Source: an uncultured Gemmatimonadales bacterium
GTDB taxonomy: Bacteria; Gemmatimonadota; Gemmatimonadetes; Longimicrobiales; RSA9
Length of the DNA: 64,000 nt
NCBI GenBank assembly: GCA_963816355.1
Contig: CAWFKH010000003.1
Location: forward strand, 576,001 to 640,000
Direction: 5' to 3'
Shown here: positions 40,365 through 49,523 of the stretch, one piece after another
Position numbering within the stretch: position 1 is the stretch's first letter
Layout: each line of letters opens with the position of its first letter
The notes under the pieces: generated by a model
The model's input: the letters and a program-made list of their open reading frames with translations, nothing else
Told to the model about the DNA's origin: nothing
Database searches by the model: none
Made by a program: the position numbers and the translations under genes

Positions 40365-42896
40365 GTGGCCCCCCGCATCCTGCGCCTCGACCCCGCGGCC
40401 GCCGTGCGCATCCGCACCGAGATCGCGCGCGCCCGCGGCAACGAGGTCTGCTTCCTCGCGCGCGTCGCCGACGATGGCGACGTGATCGAGCCGCGCGTCG
40501 TCGCCAGGGGCCACCGCCGCGGCGTCCTCGCCGCCGTGCGCGAGGGCGAGGCCGGCATGCTCGCCGTCCACAACCACCCCTCCGGCGACCTCGATCCCTC
40601 GCCCGCGGATTTCCACGTCGCGGCGGAGCTGCACGCCGCCGGTCTCGGCCTGGCCATCGTCGACAACGACGCGCGCGAGCTGTACGTCGTGGTCGAGGCC
40701 GCCGCGCCGCGTGAGCGCGACCTCCTCGACCCCGCCGCGATCGCCGCCGCGCTCGCACCCGGCGGCGCGCTCAGCCAGGCGCACGCGGCCTACGAGGACC
40801 GCCCCACGCAGCGCGCCATGGCGGAGGCGGTCGCGTCGCTCTTCAACGACGGCGGCATCGCGCTGGCGGAGGCGGGCACCGGCACCGGCAAGTCGCTCGC
40901 CTACCTGCTGCCCGCCGTGGAGTGGGCGGTGCGGAACCGCGAGCGCGTGCTCGTCTCGACCAACACGATCAACCTGCAGGAGCAGCTTGTCGGCAAGGAC
41001 CTGCCGCTGCTGCGCTCGGCGACCGGCCAGTCGTTCCGCTTCGCGCTCGTGAAGGGGCGCGGCAATTACGTCTCCATCCGACGCGCCCACCTCGCGGCGC
41101 AGGCGCAATCGTCCCTCTTCGATTCCGCCCACGTCGGCGAACTGGACGCGATCCTGGCATGGCTCGACACCACCGGTGACGGCTCGCTCCAGGACCTGCC
41201 TTTCCAGCCGACGCCGGAAGTGTGGGACGAGGTCGCCAGCCAGACCGACGTCTGCCTCCGCGCGCGCTGCCCGCACTTCCAGGCCTGCTTCTACCAGCGC
41301 GCCCGCCGCGACTCCGCCGCCGCGGACGTGCTCGTCGTCAACCACTCGCTCCTCCTCGCCGACATCGCCGTCCGCCGCGCGCAGGGGAACTACACCGCGC
41401 CCGCCGTGCTGCCGCCGTACCGCCACGCGGTGATCGACGAGGCGCACCATCTCGAGGAGGCCGCGACCGGCCACCTCGGCGCCGCCGTCTCGCGACGCGG
41501 GCTGCTGCGCACGCTCGCGCGCCTCGACCGCCGCGGCCGCGGCATCCTCGCCGCCGTGGAGCGGGAGCTGACGGTGCCCGCCGCCACGGACCTGCTTCTG
41601 CAGCAGACGCTCGACGCCATCCAGCTCGCGCTGCGGCCCGGCATCGAGACGGCGCGCGCGAGTGCGCCGACGACCTGTTCCGCCGCCTCGAGCACCTCCT
41701 CGCCCGTCGCGCGCGAAGGCGTGCTCCGCCTCGGCGAGGATTTCGCGGCGCAGCCGGAGTGGGTGGAGAACGTGCAACCGTCGCTGGAGAACGCGCTGGT
41801 CGCGCTCAGCACGCTGCACGTCGAGCTGCAGCGCTTGCTGGAGCGCCTCCAGCTCGACCGCCGCTGGGCGGACCGCCTCGCCGAGACCCTGCTCGAGCTG
41901 CAGGCCGCCGCCGGCCGCGTGCGCGCCGCAGAGGACGCGCTCCGCCTCGCGCTCGACCCCGCCGCCGCGGAGCCGGTCCCGCTCGTCCGCTGGATCGAGC
42001 GCCGCGGCGGCGCGGGCGAGGCGAACGTGGCCGTGCTCGCGGCGCCGGTCGAGATCGGGGATGCGCTGCGCGATGCCCTCTTCGAGCGCGCCGAGACGGT
42101 CGTGCTCACCTCGGCGACGCTCGCCACGCGCGACGGCTTCGAGTTCCTGCGCTCCCGCCTCGGCCTCGGCGCGGGCGGGCTGCGCGTGCGGGAAGGCGTC
42201 TACCCTTCGCCGTTCGACTACGCGGCGCAGGCCGTCGTCGCCATCCCGACCGACCTGCCGGTGCCGCGCGAGGCGGACGGGCCGTTCGACCTCGCGACCG
42301 CCACCGTCGTAGAAGAGATGGCCGCGTTGAGCGACGGCGGTCTCTTCGTGCTCTTCACCTCGTACCGGGCGATGCGCGCGGTCGCGGCCCAGCTCCGCTC
42401 GGCGGGGGTGGAGCGGCGCTGGCCGCTGTTCGTGCAGGGCGAGGGCTCGCGCGCGCGTCTGCTCGACCGCTTCACCGCCTCCGGCCGTGGAATCCTGCTC
42501 GGGGTCGCGTCCTTCTGGGAGGGCGTGGACGTGCCGGGCGATCCGCTGCGCGGACTGGTGATCGCGAAGCTCCCCTTCATGGTGCCGAACGAGCCGCTCA
42601 CCGCCGCGCGCATCGAGGCGATCGAGCAGTTCGGCGGCAGCGGATTCCGGGACTATCTGCTGCCGCACGCCGCGCTGCGCCTGAAGCAGGGGTTCGGCCG
42701 CCTGATCCGCTCGCGCGCCGACCGCGGCGCGGTCGTCCTGCTCGATCGTCGCGTCGTCGAGCGCGGCTACGGCCGCTACCTCCTCGGCACGCTGCCCGCG
42801 GCGCCGGTCCGCACCGGCCCGTGGGCGGAGCTGCGGCGCGAGCTGGAGGCGTTCTACGGCCGCGAAATGGTGGCGGCGGCCGGCACCCACGACTAA
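40365..42896 (+). CDS. DinG/YoaA-family helicase with N-terminal JAB/MPN (RadC-like) domain
   Basis: HNHPSG..PS..D; Q-motif R..Q; EAGTGTGKS, IDEAH, TSATL, LFTS, FWEGVDVPG, KLPF, QGFGRLIR. Confidence 0.92.
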   Translation: MAPRILRLDPAAAVRIRTEIARARGNEVCFLARVADDGDVIEPRVVARGHRRGVLAAVREGEAGMLAVHNHPSGDLDPSPADFHVAAELHAAGLGLAIVDNDARELYVVVEAAAPRERDLLDPAAIAAALAPGGALSQAHAAYEDRPTQRAMAEAVASLFNDGGIALAEAGTGTGKSLAYLLPAVEWAVRNRERVLVSTNTINLQEQLVGKDLPLLRSATGQSFRFALVKGRGNYVSIRRAHLAAQAQSSLFDSAHVGELDAILAWLDTTGDGSLQDLPFQPTPEVWDEVASQTDVCLRARCPHFQACFYQRARRDSAAADVLVVNHSLLLADIAVRRAQGNYTAPAVLPPYRHAVIDEAHHLEEAATGHLGAAVSRRGLLRTLARLDRRGRGILAAVERELTVPAATDLLLQQTLDAIQLALRPGIETARASAPTTCSAASSTSSPVAREGVLRLGEDFAAQPEWVENVQPSLENALVALSTLHVELQRLLERLQLDRRWADRLAETLLELQAAAGRVRAAEDALRLALDPAAAEPVPLVRWIERRGGAGEANVAVLAAPVEIGDALRDALFERAETVVLTSATLATRDGFEFLRSRLGLGAGGLRVREGVYPSPFDYAAQAVVAIPTDLPVPREADGPFDLATATVVEEMAALSDGGLFVLFTSYRAMRAVAAQLRSAGVERRWPLFVQGEGSRARLLDRFTASGRGILLGVASFWEGVDVPGDPLRGLVIAKLPFMVPNEPLTAARIEAIEQFGGSGFRDYLLPHAALRLKQGFGRLIRSRADRGAVVLLDRRVVERGYGRYLLGTLPAAPVRTGPWAELRRELEAFYGREMVAAAGTHD

Positions 42897-42926
42897 ACTG
42901 GAACGTCCCCTGAGCAGAGGTCGTCC

Positions 42927-43565
42927 GTGGCGCTTCCGCCCCCCTCCAAGATCGTCTGTGTCGGCCGCAACTACGTCGCCCACGCCCGTGAGCTCGGCAA
43001 CGACGTGCCGCGGCGCCCGCTCCTCTTCCTGAAGCCGCCTTCCGCGATCGTGGCCGACGGCGACGCGATCGTGTTGCCGCCGGACTCGGAGCGCGTCGAG
43101 CACGAAGGGGAGATCGCCGTCGTCATCGGCCGCCGCGCCCGCGCCGTCGCCGAGGCCGACGCCCTCGACCACGTGGCCGGCTACGCCCCTCTGAACGACG
43201 TCACCGCGCGCGACCTGCAACGCAGCGACGAGCAGTGGACGCGCGCGAAGGGGTTCGACACGTTCTGCCCGCTCGGCCCCGTAATCGGTCCGGACGTCGA
43301 CTGGCGCGATCTCGAGGTCGTGTGTCGCGTCGGCGGCGCCGAGCGCCAGCGCGGGCGCGCCTCCGAGATGGCGTTCGGCATCCCCTTCCTCGTCGCCTAC
43401 GTCTCTCGCATCATGACGCTCGAGCCGGGCGACCTGATCGCGACCGGCACGCCGGAAGGCGTGGGGCCGCTGCGCGACGGCGACTCCGTCGAGGTCGAGC
43501 TGGCGGGCCGCGCCCGCGTCCGCAACCCGGTCCGCGCCGCCGCGCGGGAGGCCGCCCGTGCCTGA
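42927..43565 (+). CDS. Fumarylacetoacetate hydrolase family protein
   Basis: KIVCVGRNY..H..E, FLKP, EHEGE, NDVTARD.Q, KGFDTFCP.GP, TGTPEGVG. Confidence 0.95.
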   Translation: MALPPPSKIVCVGRNYVAHARELGNDVPRRPLLFLKPPSAIVADGDAIVLPPDSERVEHEGEIAVVIGRRARAVAEADALDHVAGYAPLNDVTARDLQRSDEQWTRAKGFDTFCPLGPVIGPDVDWRDLEVVCRVGGAERQRGRASEMAFGIPFLVAYVSRIMTLEPGDLIATGTPEGVGPLRDGDSVEVELAGRARVRNPVRAAAREAARA

Positions 43566-44718
43566 TCTCGCCGGCCGCTTCGAGCGCTTCCCGCCCTACC
43601 CGCTCGCGGACGTGCCCGCGCTGAAGCGGAAGCTGCGCGCCGAGGGCGTGGACGTGATCGACCTCGGCGCCGGCGACGCCGACCTTGCGCCGCCCCCCGC
43701 CGCGATCGAGGCGCTGATCGAGGCCGCGACGCGGCCGGAGATGGGCCGCTACGCCTTTCAGCTCGGGCTGCCCGCCCTGCGCGAGACGATCGCCGCGTGG
43801 ATGAAGCGCCGCTTCGGCGTCGCGCTCGACCCGTACCGCGAGATCCTCCCTCTCATCGGCTCCAAGGAGGGCCTCGCCCACCTCGCCTTCTGCTTCGTCG
43901 CCGCTGGCGACGTCGCCATCTGCCCCGATCCCGGCTACGCACCCTACGTCGGCGGCACCGTCCTCGCCGGCGGCGAGCCGTTCACCGTGCCGTTGCGTCC
44001 GGAGAACGATTTCCTCGTGCCGCTCGACGATCTCCCCGCCGACGTCGTCGAGCGCGCGCGCATCCTCTATCTCAACTATCCCAACAACCCGACCGCCGCG
44101 ACCGCGCCGCTCGACTACCTGCGCCGCGTCGTCGAGTTCTGCGCGCGCCACGACATCGTCCTCGCCTTCGACAACGCGTACTCCGAGCTCGCGTTCGACG
44201 GCTACCGTCCGCCGAGCATCTTCGAGATCGACGGCGCGATCGACGTCGCCGTCGAGTTCCACTCCTTCTCCAAGACGTACAACATGACCGGCTGGCGCAT
44301 CGGCTGGGTCGCGGGGCGCGAGGAGACGATCCGTGCCATCGGCCGCGTCAAGTCGTTCGTCGACACCGGGCAGTACATGGGCGTCCAGGCCGCCGCGGCG
44401 GCCGCGCTCGAAATGTGGGAGGAATGGGTGCCGGAGAACGTCGCCGAGTTCCAGCGCCGCCGCGACGCGCTGGTCGCGGCGCTCTGTGCGCGCGGCTTCC
44501 GCGCCACCGCCCCCGCCGCGACCATGTACCTGTGGGTGCCGGTGCCGGACGGCTCTGCGTCGGGCGACTTCGCCCGCCGCGCGCTCACCGAGCAGGGCGT
44601 GGTCCTGCTGCCCGGCTCCGCGCTCGGGGCGGGCGGCGAGGGCTTCCTCCGCTTCGCGCTGACGCAGTCGGCGGAGCGGCTCCAGGAGGCGGCCGACCGC
44701 CTAGGCCGGCTGCTCTGA
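43558..44718 (+). CDS. Class I/II PLP aminotransferase (LL-diaminopimelate aminotransferase/DapC-like)
   Basis: IGSKEG, PDPGY..Y, LNYPNNPT, D.AYSE, SFSKTYNMTGWRIG. Confidence 0.88.
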   Translation: MPDLAGRFERFPPYPLADVPALKRKLRAEGVDVIDLGAGDADLAPPPAAIEALIEAATRPEMGRYAFQLGLPALRETIAAWMKRRFGVALDPYREILPLIGSKEGLAHLAFCFVAAGDVAICPDPGYAPYVGGTVLAGGEPFTVPLRPENDFLVPLDDLPADVVERARILYLNYPNNPTAATAPLDYLRRVVEFCARHDIVLAFDNAYSELAFDGYRPPSIFEIDGAIDVAVEFHSFSKTYNMTGWRIGWVAGREETIRAIGRVKSFVDTGQYMGVQAAAAAALEMWEEWVPENVAEFQRRRDALVAALCARGFRATAPAATMYLWVPVPDGSASGDFARRALTEQGVVLLPGSALGAGGEGFLRFALTQSAERLQEAADRLGRLL

Positions 44719-44884
44719 CGCTCTCCATCCTCCGGGTTGGCGGCGGCACGCACCGTGCGCCGCTTCCCATCCTCGGCGGCCGATACATCGGCGGCGGACC
44801 TGCGCCGTGATCGGATGAGCCGCCGGGATCGCCACCGGGATCGTGAATTCGCGGCGTCGGCTTCCACGGCAGAGGAGCCGGCCA

Positions 44885-44908
44885 GGAACAGCCTGTCTCG
44901 GGGGGGTT
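44885..44908 (+). promoter_or_regulatory. Possible ECF-sigma promoter
   Basis: GGAAC, 16 nt spacer, GTT just upstream of the 44921 ATG. Confidence 0.3.
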
Positions 44909-44920
44909 ACTAGGTAGCCG

Positions 44921-45787
44921 ATGTCAACCGCCATGGCCCGCCCACCCAGCCCGGCGCCGGTCCCGATCCGGACGGCGCCTCCCCCGCCCCCGCGGCCGCG
45001 ACCGCCGCGGCGGCGTGACCGGGGTACGCGCTGGCGTACCGGCCTCGCCATCTCGGTCCTCGTCCACGTCCTCCTCTTCGCCTGGCTCTACCGCACTTAC
45101 GTCTCCACGCCGGAGATCGGCGAACGGCAGCCCGCCGCGCTGCGCCCGGACGAGGTCGGGGGCGGCATGCGGATCGTTCGCATCGAGGCGGTTCCCGGCG
45201 ACGTCGCGCCGCTCACGCCACTTGCCCCCGCCGCCTCGCCGCGGGTGAGCGTATCGTCCCGCGCGCCGGGCGTGGCGGTGCCCCGGCCGGGCGTGCCCAC
45301 CGAGCCGCAGGGAGTCGGGCCGCGACGCGACGTGCTCGAGCCGCTCCGCCCGAAGGCGGGCGATCCGCGTCTCTGGGTCTCGCCGGACCTGCTCACGCCC
45401 GCACAGACGCCGGAGGAGCGGATGGCGGAGCGGATCGCCGGCCGCATCGACGCCTACAACGACTCTCTCGCGGCGGCGAGCGAGGCCGCGCGGCGCGCGC
45501 TCGACTGGACGGTGAAGGGGAAGAACGGCGCTCGCTGGGGAATCGCGCCGGACGGCATTCACCTGGGCAAGATCACCCTCCCCGCGCCCACCTTCGGCGG
45601 CAACGCGGAGGCGCGGGCGCGCAACCGGGAGTGGTCTCAGATCCAGGATCAGGCGTCCCGCGCCGAGATCCACGACCGCTTCAAGGATCGCGTCAAGGCG
45701 ATCGAGGAACGCAAGGATCGCGAGCGGGCGGCGAGGAAGAAGGCCGGCTCGGGCTCCGGCTCGGACGGGTCCGGACACGGACCGTGA
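44921..45787 (+). CDS. Hypothetical single-pass proline-rich protein (TonB/TolA-like anchor)
   Basis: TM with S...H (ISVLVHV), Pro-rich linker, DWT....G.RWG...GIHLG.ITLP motif, charged C-terminal helix. Confidence 0.7.
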   Translation: MSTAMARPPSPAPVPIRTAPPPPPRPRPPRRRDRGTRWRTGLAISVLVHVLLFAWLYRTYVSTPEIGERQPAALRPDEVGGGMRIVRIEAVPGDVAPLTPLAPAASPRVSVSSRAPGVAVPRPGVPTEPQGVGPRRDVLEPLRPKAGDPRLWVSPDLLTPAQTPEERMAERIAGRIDAYNDSLAAASEAARRALDWTVKGKNGARWGIAPDGIHLGKITLPAPTFGGNAEARARNREWSQIQDQASRAEIHDRFKDRVKAIEERKDRERAARKKAGSGSGSDGSGHGP

Positions 45788-45883
45788 ATTGCACGTTTCA
45801 GTGGGCCGTACGATCCGGAGGCTCGCACGCTCCAGATCGAATTTTCGTGCCCTACACGACATGGGTTGAAGGGAGACGCACCA

Positions 45884-46549
45884 ATGGGTGATTTGAATTC
45901 TCGGTTCGCCGGCAGGACGGCGTGGAAGGTGGGCGCGGGCGTCGCCGTCGGCTTCGCCGCGGTGGCGACCGGTCTGCTGCTCTCGCGCAGCGGTCGCCGG
46001 CTGGTCCGCGAGGTGTGGCAGGGCCGTTCCCGCACGCGCCTCGAGGACCGCATCCTCGACCGCATCTGGAGCGACCGCGTCCTCTCGCGCCGCGCCATCG
46101 ACGTGCGCGAGGTGGGTCCGGGGGTCGTCGAGCTGGTCGGCGGTGTGCGCACGGACGAAGAGGCGCGCCGCGCCGTCACCGTCGCGCAGTCGATCGAGGG
46201 CGTGACGACGGTGGTCAACCGCCTGCGCGCGGAGGCGCTCGAGTCGCACCTCGCCGAGACGCGCCGCCGCTACGGCGACGGTGATCCCGCGCTGCACGAG
46301 AGTCACTGGTACGGCGTCGAGGTCGGCACCGGCCGCCGTCGCCAGTCGCCGGCCACGGATCCGGATCGGCGCGACGACCGCGTCGACATGATCACGCGCG
46401 AGCTGGGCGTCGACCGCGGCGAGCGAAATCCGAGCGAGCCGGTGGAGACGACCGGCCCCGCCGTGGAGGGCCACTCGACCGCTCCCGCCGCCGGCGACGG
46501 CCGGGTACGCGAGGCTGCGGGCGAGCGGGAGTCGGCCGGGGAAGCCTGA
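45884..46549 (+). CDS. BON domain-containing protein
   Basis: GGGAG SD; N-terminal TM; I.V....GVV.L.G.V....A..A...A....GV..VVN.L. Confidence 0.85.
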   Translation: MGDLNSRFAGRTAWKVGAGVAVGFAAVATGLLLSRSGRRLVREVWQGRSRTRLEDRILDRIWSDRVLSRRAIDVREVGPGVVELVGGVRTDEEARRAVTVAQSIEGVTTVVNRLRAEALESHLAETRRRYGDGDPALHESHWYGVEVGTGRRRQSPATDPDRRDDRVDMITRELGVDRGERNPSEPVETTGPAVEGHSTAPAAGDGRVREAAGERESAGEA

Positions 46550-46567
46550 GCGCGCAGCGCCTGCAGC

Positions 46568-46629
46568 GCCGCCCGCGGCGGTGCGGCCGGCCGGAGTCCC
46601 CGGCCGCCGCACCCCGCGGGCGTTTTCTT
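46568..46629 (+). terminator. Intrinsic terminator after the BON gene
   Basis: Long GC hairpin (GCCCGCGG..GGTGCGG..CGGCCGG / CCGGCCG.CCGCACC.CCGCGGGC) followed by GTTTTCTT. Confidence 0.75.
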
Positions 46630-46712
46630 GTGGGCCGGCGCGTCCCGCCCCCGCCCGGTCACGCCCGCCGCGCCGCGCGGCGCCGCGGGCCGCCGCCGCC
46701 CGCCGCGCCTCG

Positions 46713-46742
46713 TTGACGGCCGCGCGCGCGGCACGATAACCT
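46713..46742 (+). promoter_or_regulatory. Putative sigma70 promoter of valS
   Basis: TTGACG, 18 nt spacer, TAACCT. Confidence 0.5.
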
Positions 46743-46771
46743 TGTCGTTTCGTCCACGCAGCCGGAGCCCG

Positions 46772-49516
46772 ATGAGCGAGCCGCTTCCGCCACAGTACGA
46801 TCCGCACGGGATCGAAGCCGACCTCAGCCGCGACTGGGAGGAGGGCGGCTACTTCCACGCCGACGCGGACCGCGTCCTGCGCGGCGAGCGCGAGCCGTAC
46901 GTCATCGTCATTCCGCCGCCGAACGTGACGGCGCCGCTGCACGTCGGTCACGGCTTGAACAACGCGTTGCAGGACGTCCTGATCCGGTGGCGCCGCATGC
47001 AGGGGTGGGAGGCGCTGTGGGTCCCCGGCAGCGACCACGCCGGCATCGCGACACAGAACGTCGTCGAGCGACAGCTCGCCGAGGAAGGGAAGACGCGCGA
47101 GGATCTGGGCCGCGAGGCCTTCGTCGAGCGTGTGTGGCAGTGGGTCGGCCGCACCGAGCCGCGCATATTCGCCCAGCTCCGCGCCATCGGCTGCTCGATC
47201 GACACGGCGCGCACCGCCTTCACCCTCGACGAGCGGCTTTCCGCCGCCGTGCGCGAGGTGTTCGTCCGTCTCTTCGAAAAGGGCCTCGTCTACCGCGGCC
47301 ACTACATCATCAACTGGTGCCCCCACTGTCTGACGGCGCTCTCCGACGAGGAGGCCGAAGCGGAGGAGACGCAGGGCCGCCTGTGGCACCTCCGCTACCC
47401 CGTGCGGGAGCCCTCGCCGGGCCACGCCGAAGCCGCGGCCGCCGCCGCCATCGCGCGCCTGCCGCGCCTGCCGGACGGCCGGCCCTACATCGTCGTCGCG
47501 ACGACCCGGCCGGAAACCATGCTTGGCGACACCGCCGTCGCCGTCCATCCCGACGACGCGCGCTACGCGGGCCTCACCGGCGCCGCCGTCGCGCTGCCGC
47601 TCGCGGGCCGCGACATCCCGATCGTCGCCGACGGCTTCGTCGAAGCGGAGTTCGGCACCGGCGCGGTCAAGGTCACGCCGGCGCACGATCCGAACGACTT
47701 CGCGATCGGACTGCGCCACCGCCTCGTCCAGATCGACGTCCTCACGCCGGACGCACACATGAGCGACGCGGCGCCGGCGGAGTTCCGCGGCCTGGACCGC
47801 TTCGCCGCGCGCGAGCACGTGGTCGAGCGGCTGGACGAGCTCGGCCTGCTCGAGAAGGTCGAGGAGCACGCACACGCCGTCCCGCACTGCTACCGCTGCG
47901 GCACGGTGGTCGAGCCGCGTCTTTCCGACCAGTGGTTCGTCCGCATGAAGCCGCTGGCCGAGCCGGCGCTCGCCGCCTCGCGCGACGGCCGCGTCCGCTT
48001 CCACCCGGAACGCTACACGAAGGTCTACGAGCACTGGCTCGAGAACATCCGCGACTGGTGCATCTCGCGGCAGCTCTGGTGGGGCCACCGCATCCCCGTC
48101 TGGTACTGTCAGGACGCCGCCTGCGAGTGCGACATGGTCGTCGCGCGCGAGGAGCCGCACCGCTGCCCCGATTGCGGCGGTCCGCTCGTCCAGGACCAGG
48201 ACGTCCTCGACACCTGGTTCTCTTCCTGGCTCTGGCCCTTCACCACGCTCGGCTGGCCTGAGAAGACCGAGGACCTCGACGCGTTCTACCCGACCAGCAC
48301 GCTCGTCACGGGGCCCGACATCATCTTCTTCTGGGTCTCGCGCATGATCATGGCCGGCCTCGAATTCATGGGCGAGGTCCCCTTCCAGCGACGTCTACCT
48401 GAACGGCATCGTTCGCGACCACCTCGGCCGCAAGATGTCCAAGTCGCTCGGCAACGGCATCGACCCGCTGCACGTCGTCGACCTCTTCGGTGCCGACGCG
48501 CTCCGCTACACCGTCCTCTCCAGCGCCGCCGCCGGAACCGACATCTACCTCAACTACGAGAACCTCGAGGAGGCGTTCGCCCCCGGCCGCAACTTCGCCA
48601 ACAAGATCTGGAACGCCGCGCGCTTCGCCCTCATGAACCTCGAAGGCGACGACGTCGCGGCCCTCGCCGACGTGCGCCCGCGCCTCGAGCTCGCCGACCG
48701 CTGGATCCTCTCCCGCCTCGACGCCGCCATCGCCGACACGACGCGTGCGCTCGAGAGCTTCCGCATCCACGAGGCCGCCGAGCGCGTCCATCGCTTCTTC
48801 TGGAGCGAGCTCGCCGACTGGTACCTCGAGCTCGTCAAGCCGCGTCTGCAGGACGGCAGCTCGGACGACGCCGCCCGCGCGACGCTCGTCGCCGTCCTCG
48901 ACGGCGTCTTCCGCCTGCTGCACCCGTTCATGCCGTTCATCAGCGAGGCGCTATGGCGGCGGCTGCCCCGGCCACGCCGGCGCGCCGACCGCGCCATCCC
49001 TCGCCGTCGCGCCGTGGCCGGAGGCGGGCGCCCTCCGACGAGCGCGCGGAGCGCGAGATGGATGCGTTGATGGAGCTGGTCGGCGCCGTCCGCACGCTGC
49101 GCGCCGAATACGATGTCCCTCCGGCCGCTCGCGTCGAGGTGCACCTCGGCCACGTCGCGGCGCCGCTGCGCGCCGCGCTCGACGCCGAGGGCCGCGCGCT
49201 GGCGCGCCTGGCGCGCGTCGACGACGCGCGCACCGACGGCGCGGTCGCGAAGCGTGCCGCGCACGCCGTCCTCTCGGACGGGACTGAGCTGACGCTGCCT
49301 CTCGAAGGCGTCATCGACCTCGAGCGCGAGCGCGCGCGGCTCGGTGCGGAGCGCGACCGCCTGGACGCCCAGTTGCGCGCCACCGAGGCTCGCCTCGGCA
49401 ACGAGCAGTTCACCTCGAAGGCGCCGGCGGAGGTCGTCCAGCGCGAGCGCGAGAAGGCCGGCAGCTTCCGCGAGCAGATCGAGCGGCTGCGTCGCAAGCT
49501 CGACGCGCTCGCGTGA
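46772..49516 (+). CDS. valS: Valine--tRNA ligase with three apparent +1 frameshifts (~48386, ~48968, ~49032)
   Basis: [37 protein letters not shown] and DTWFSS in one frame; KMSKS and SLAVAPWP in the two other frames; C-terminal coiled coil back in the first frame. Confidence 0.95.
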   Translation: MSEPLPPQYDPHGIEADLSRDWEEGGYFHADADRVLRGEREPYVIVIPPPNVTAPLHVGHGLNNALQDVLIRWRRMQGWEALWVPGSDHAGIATQNVVERQLAEEGKTREDLGREAFVERVWQWVGRTEPRIFAQLRAIGCSIDTARTAFTLDERLSAAVREVFVRLFEKGLVYRGHYIINWCPHCLTALSDEEAEAEETQGRLWHLRYPVREPSPGHAEAAAAAAIARLPRLPDGRPYIVVATTRPETMLGDTAVAVHPDDARYAGLTGAAVALPLAGRDIPIVADGFVEAEFGTGAVKVTPAHDPNDFAIGLRHRLVQIDVLTPDAHMSDAAPAEFRGLDRFAAREHVVERLDELGLLEKVEEHAHAVPHCYRCGTVVEPRLSDQWFVRMKPLAEPALAASRDGRVRFHPERYTKVYEHWLENIRDWCISRQLWWGHRIPVWYCQDAACECDMVVAREEPHRCPDCGGPLVQDQDVLDTWFSSWLWPFTTLGWPEKTEDLDAFYPTSTLVTGPDIIFFWVSRMIMAGLEFMGEVPFQRRLPERHRSRPPRPQDVQVARQRHRPAARRRPLRCRRAPLHRPLQRRRRNRHLPQLREPRGGVRPRPQLRQQDLERRALRPHEPRRRRRRGPRRRAPAPRARRPLDPLPPRRRHRRHDACARELPHPRGRRARPSLLLERARRLVPRARQAASAGRQLGRRRPRDARRRPRRRLPPAAPVHAVHQRGAMAAAAPATPARRPRHPSPSRRGRRRAPSDERAEREMDALMELVGAVRTLRAEYDVPPAARVEVHLGHVAAPLRAALDAEGRALARLARVDDARTDGAVAKRAAHAVLSDGTELTLPLEGVIDLERERARLGAERDRLDAQLRATEARLGNEQFTSKAPAEVVQREREKAGSFREQIERLRRKLDALA

Positions 49517-49523
49517 GCGCGTG

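Noticed and set aside
40365..42896. Type IV CRISPR (CasDinG) or CBASS/Bil-type JAB defence system
   Set aside because: No cas, array, cyclase, E1/E2 or ubiquitin-like genes; housekeeping context and host-like codon usage
44924..48160. Long minus-strand ORFs (this one, 5110-7614, 27703-29976, 40341-43220, 49410-51692 and others)
   Set aside because: Antisense shadows of well-supported + strand genes, expected at high GC; no recognisable motifs
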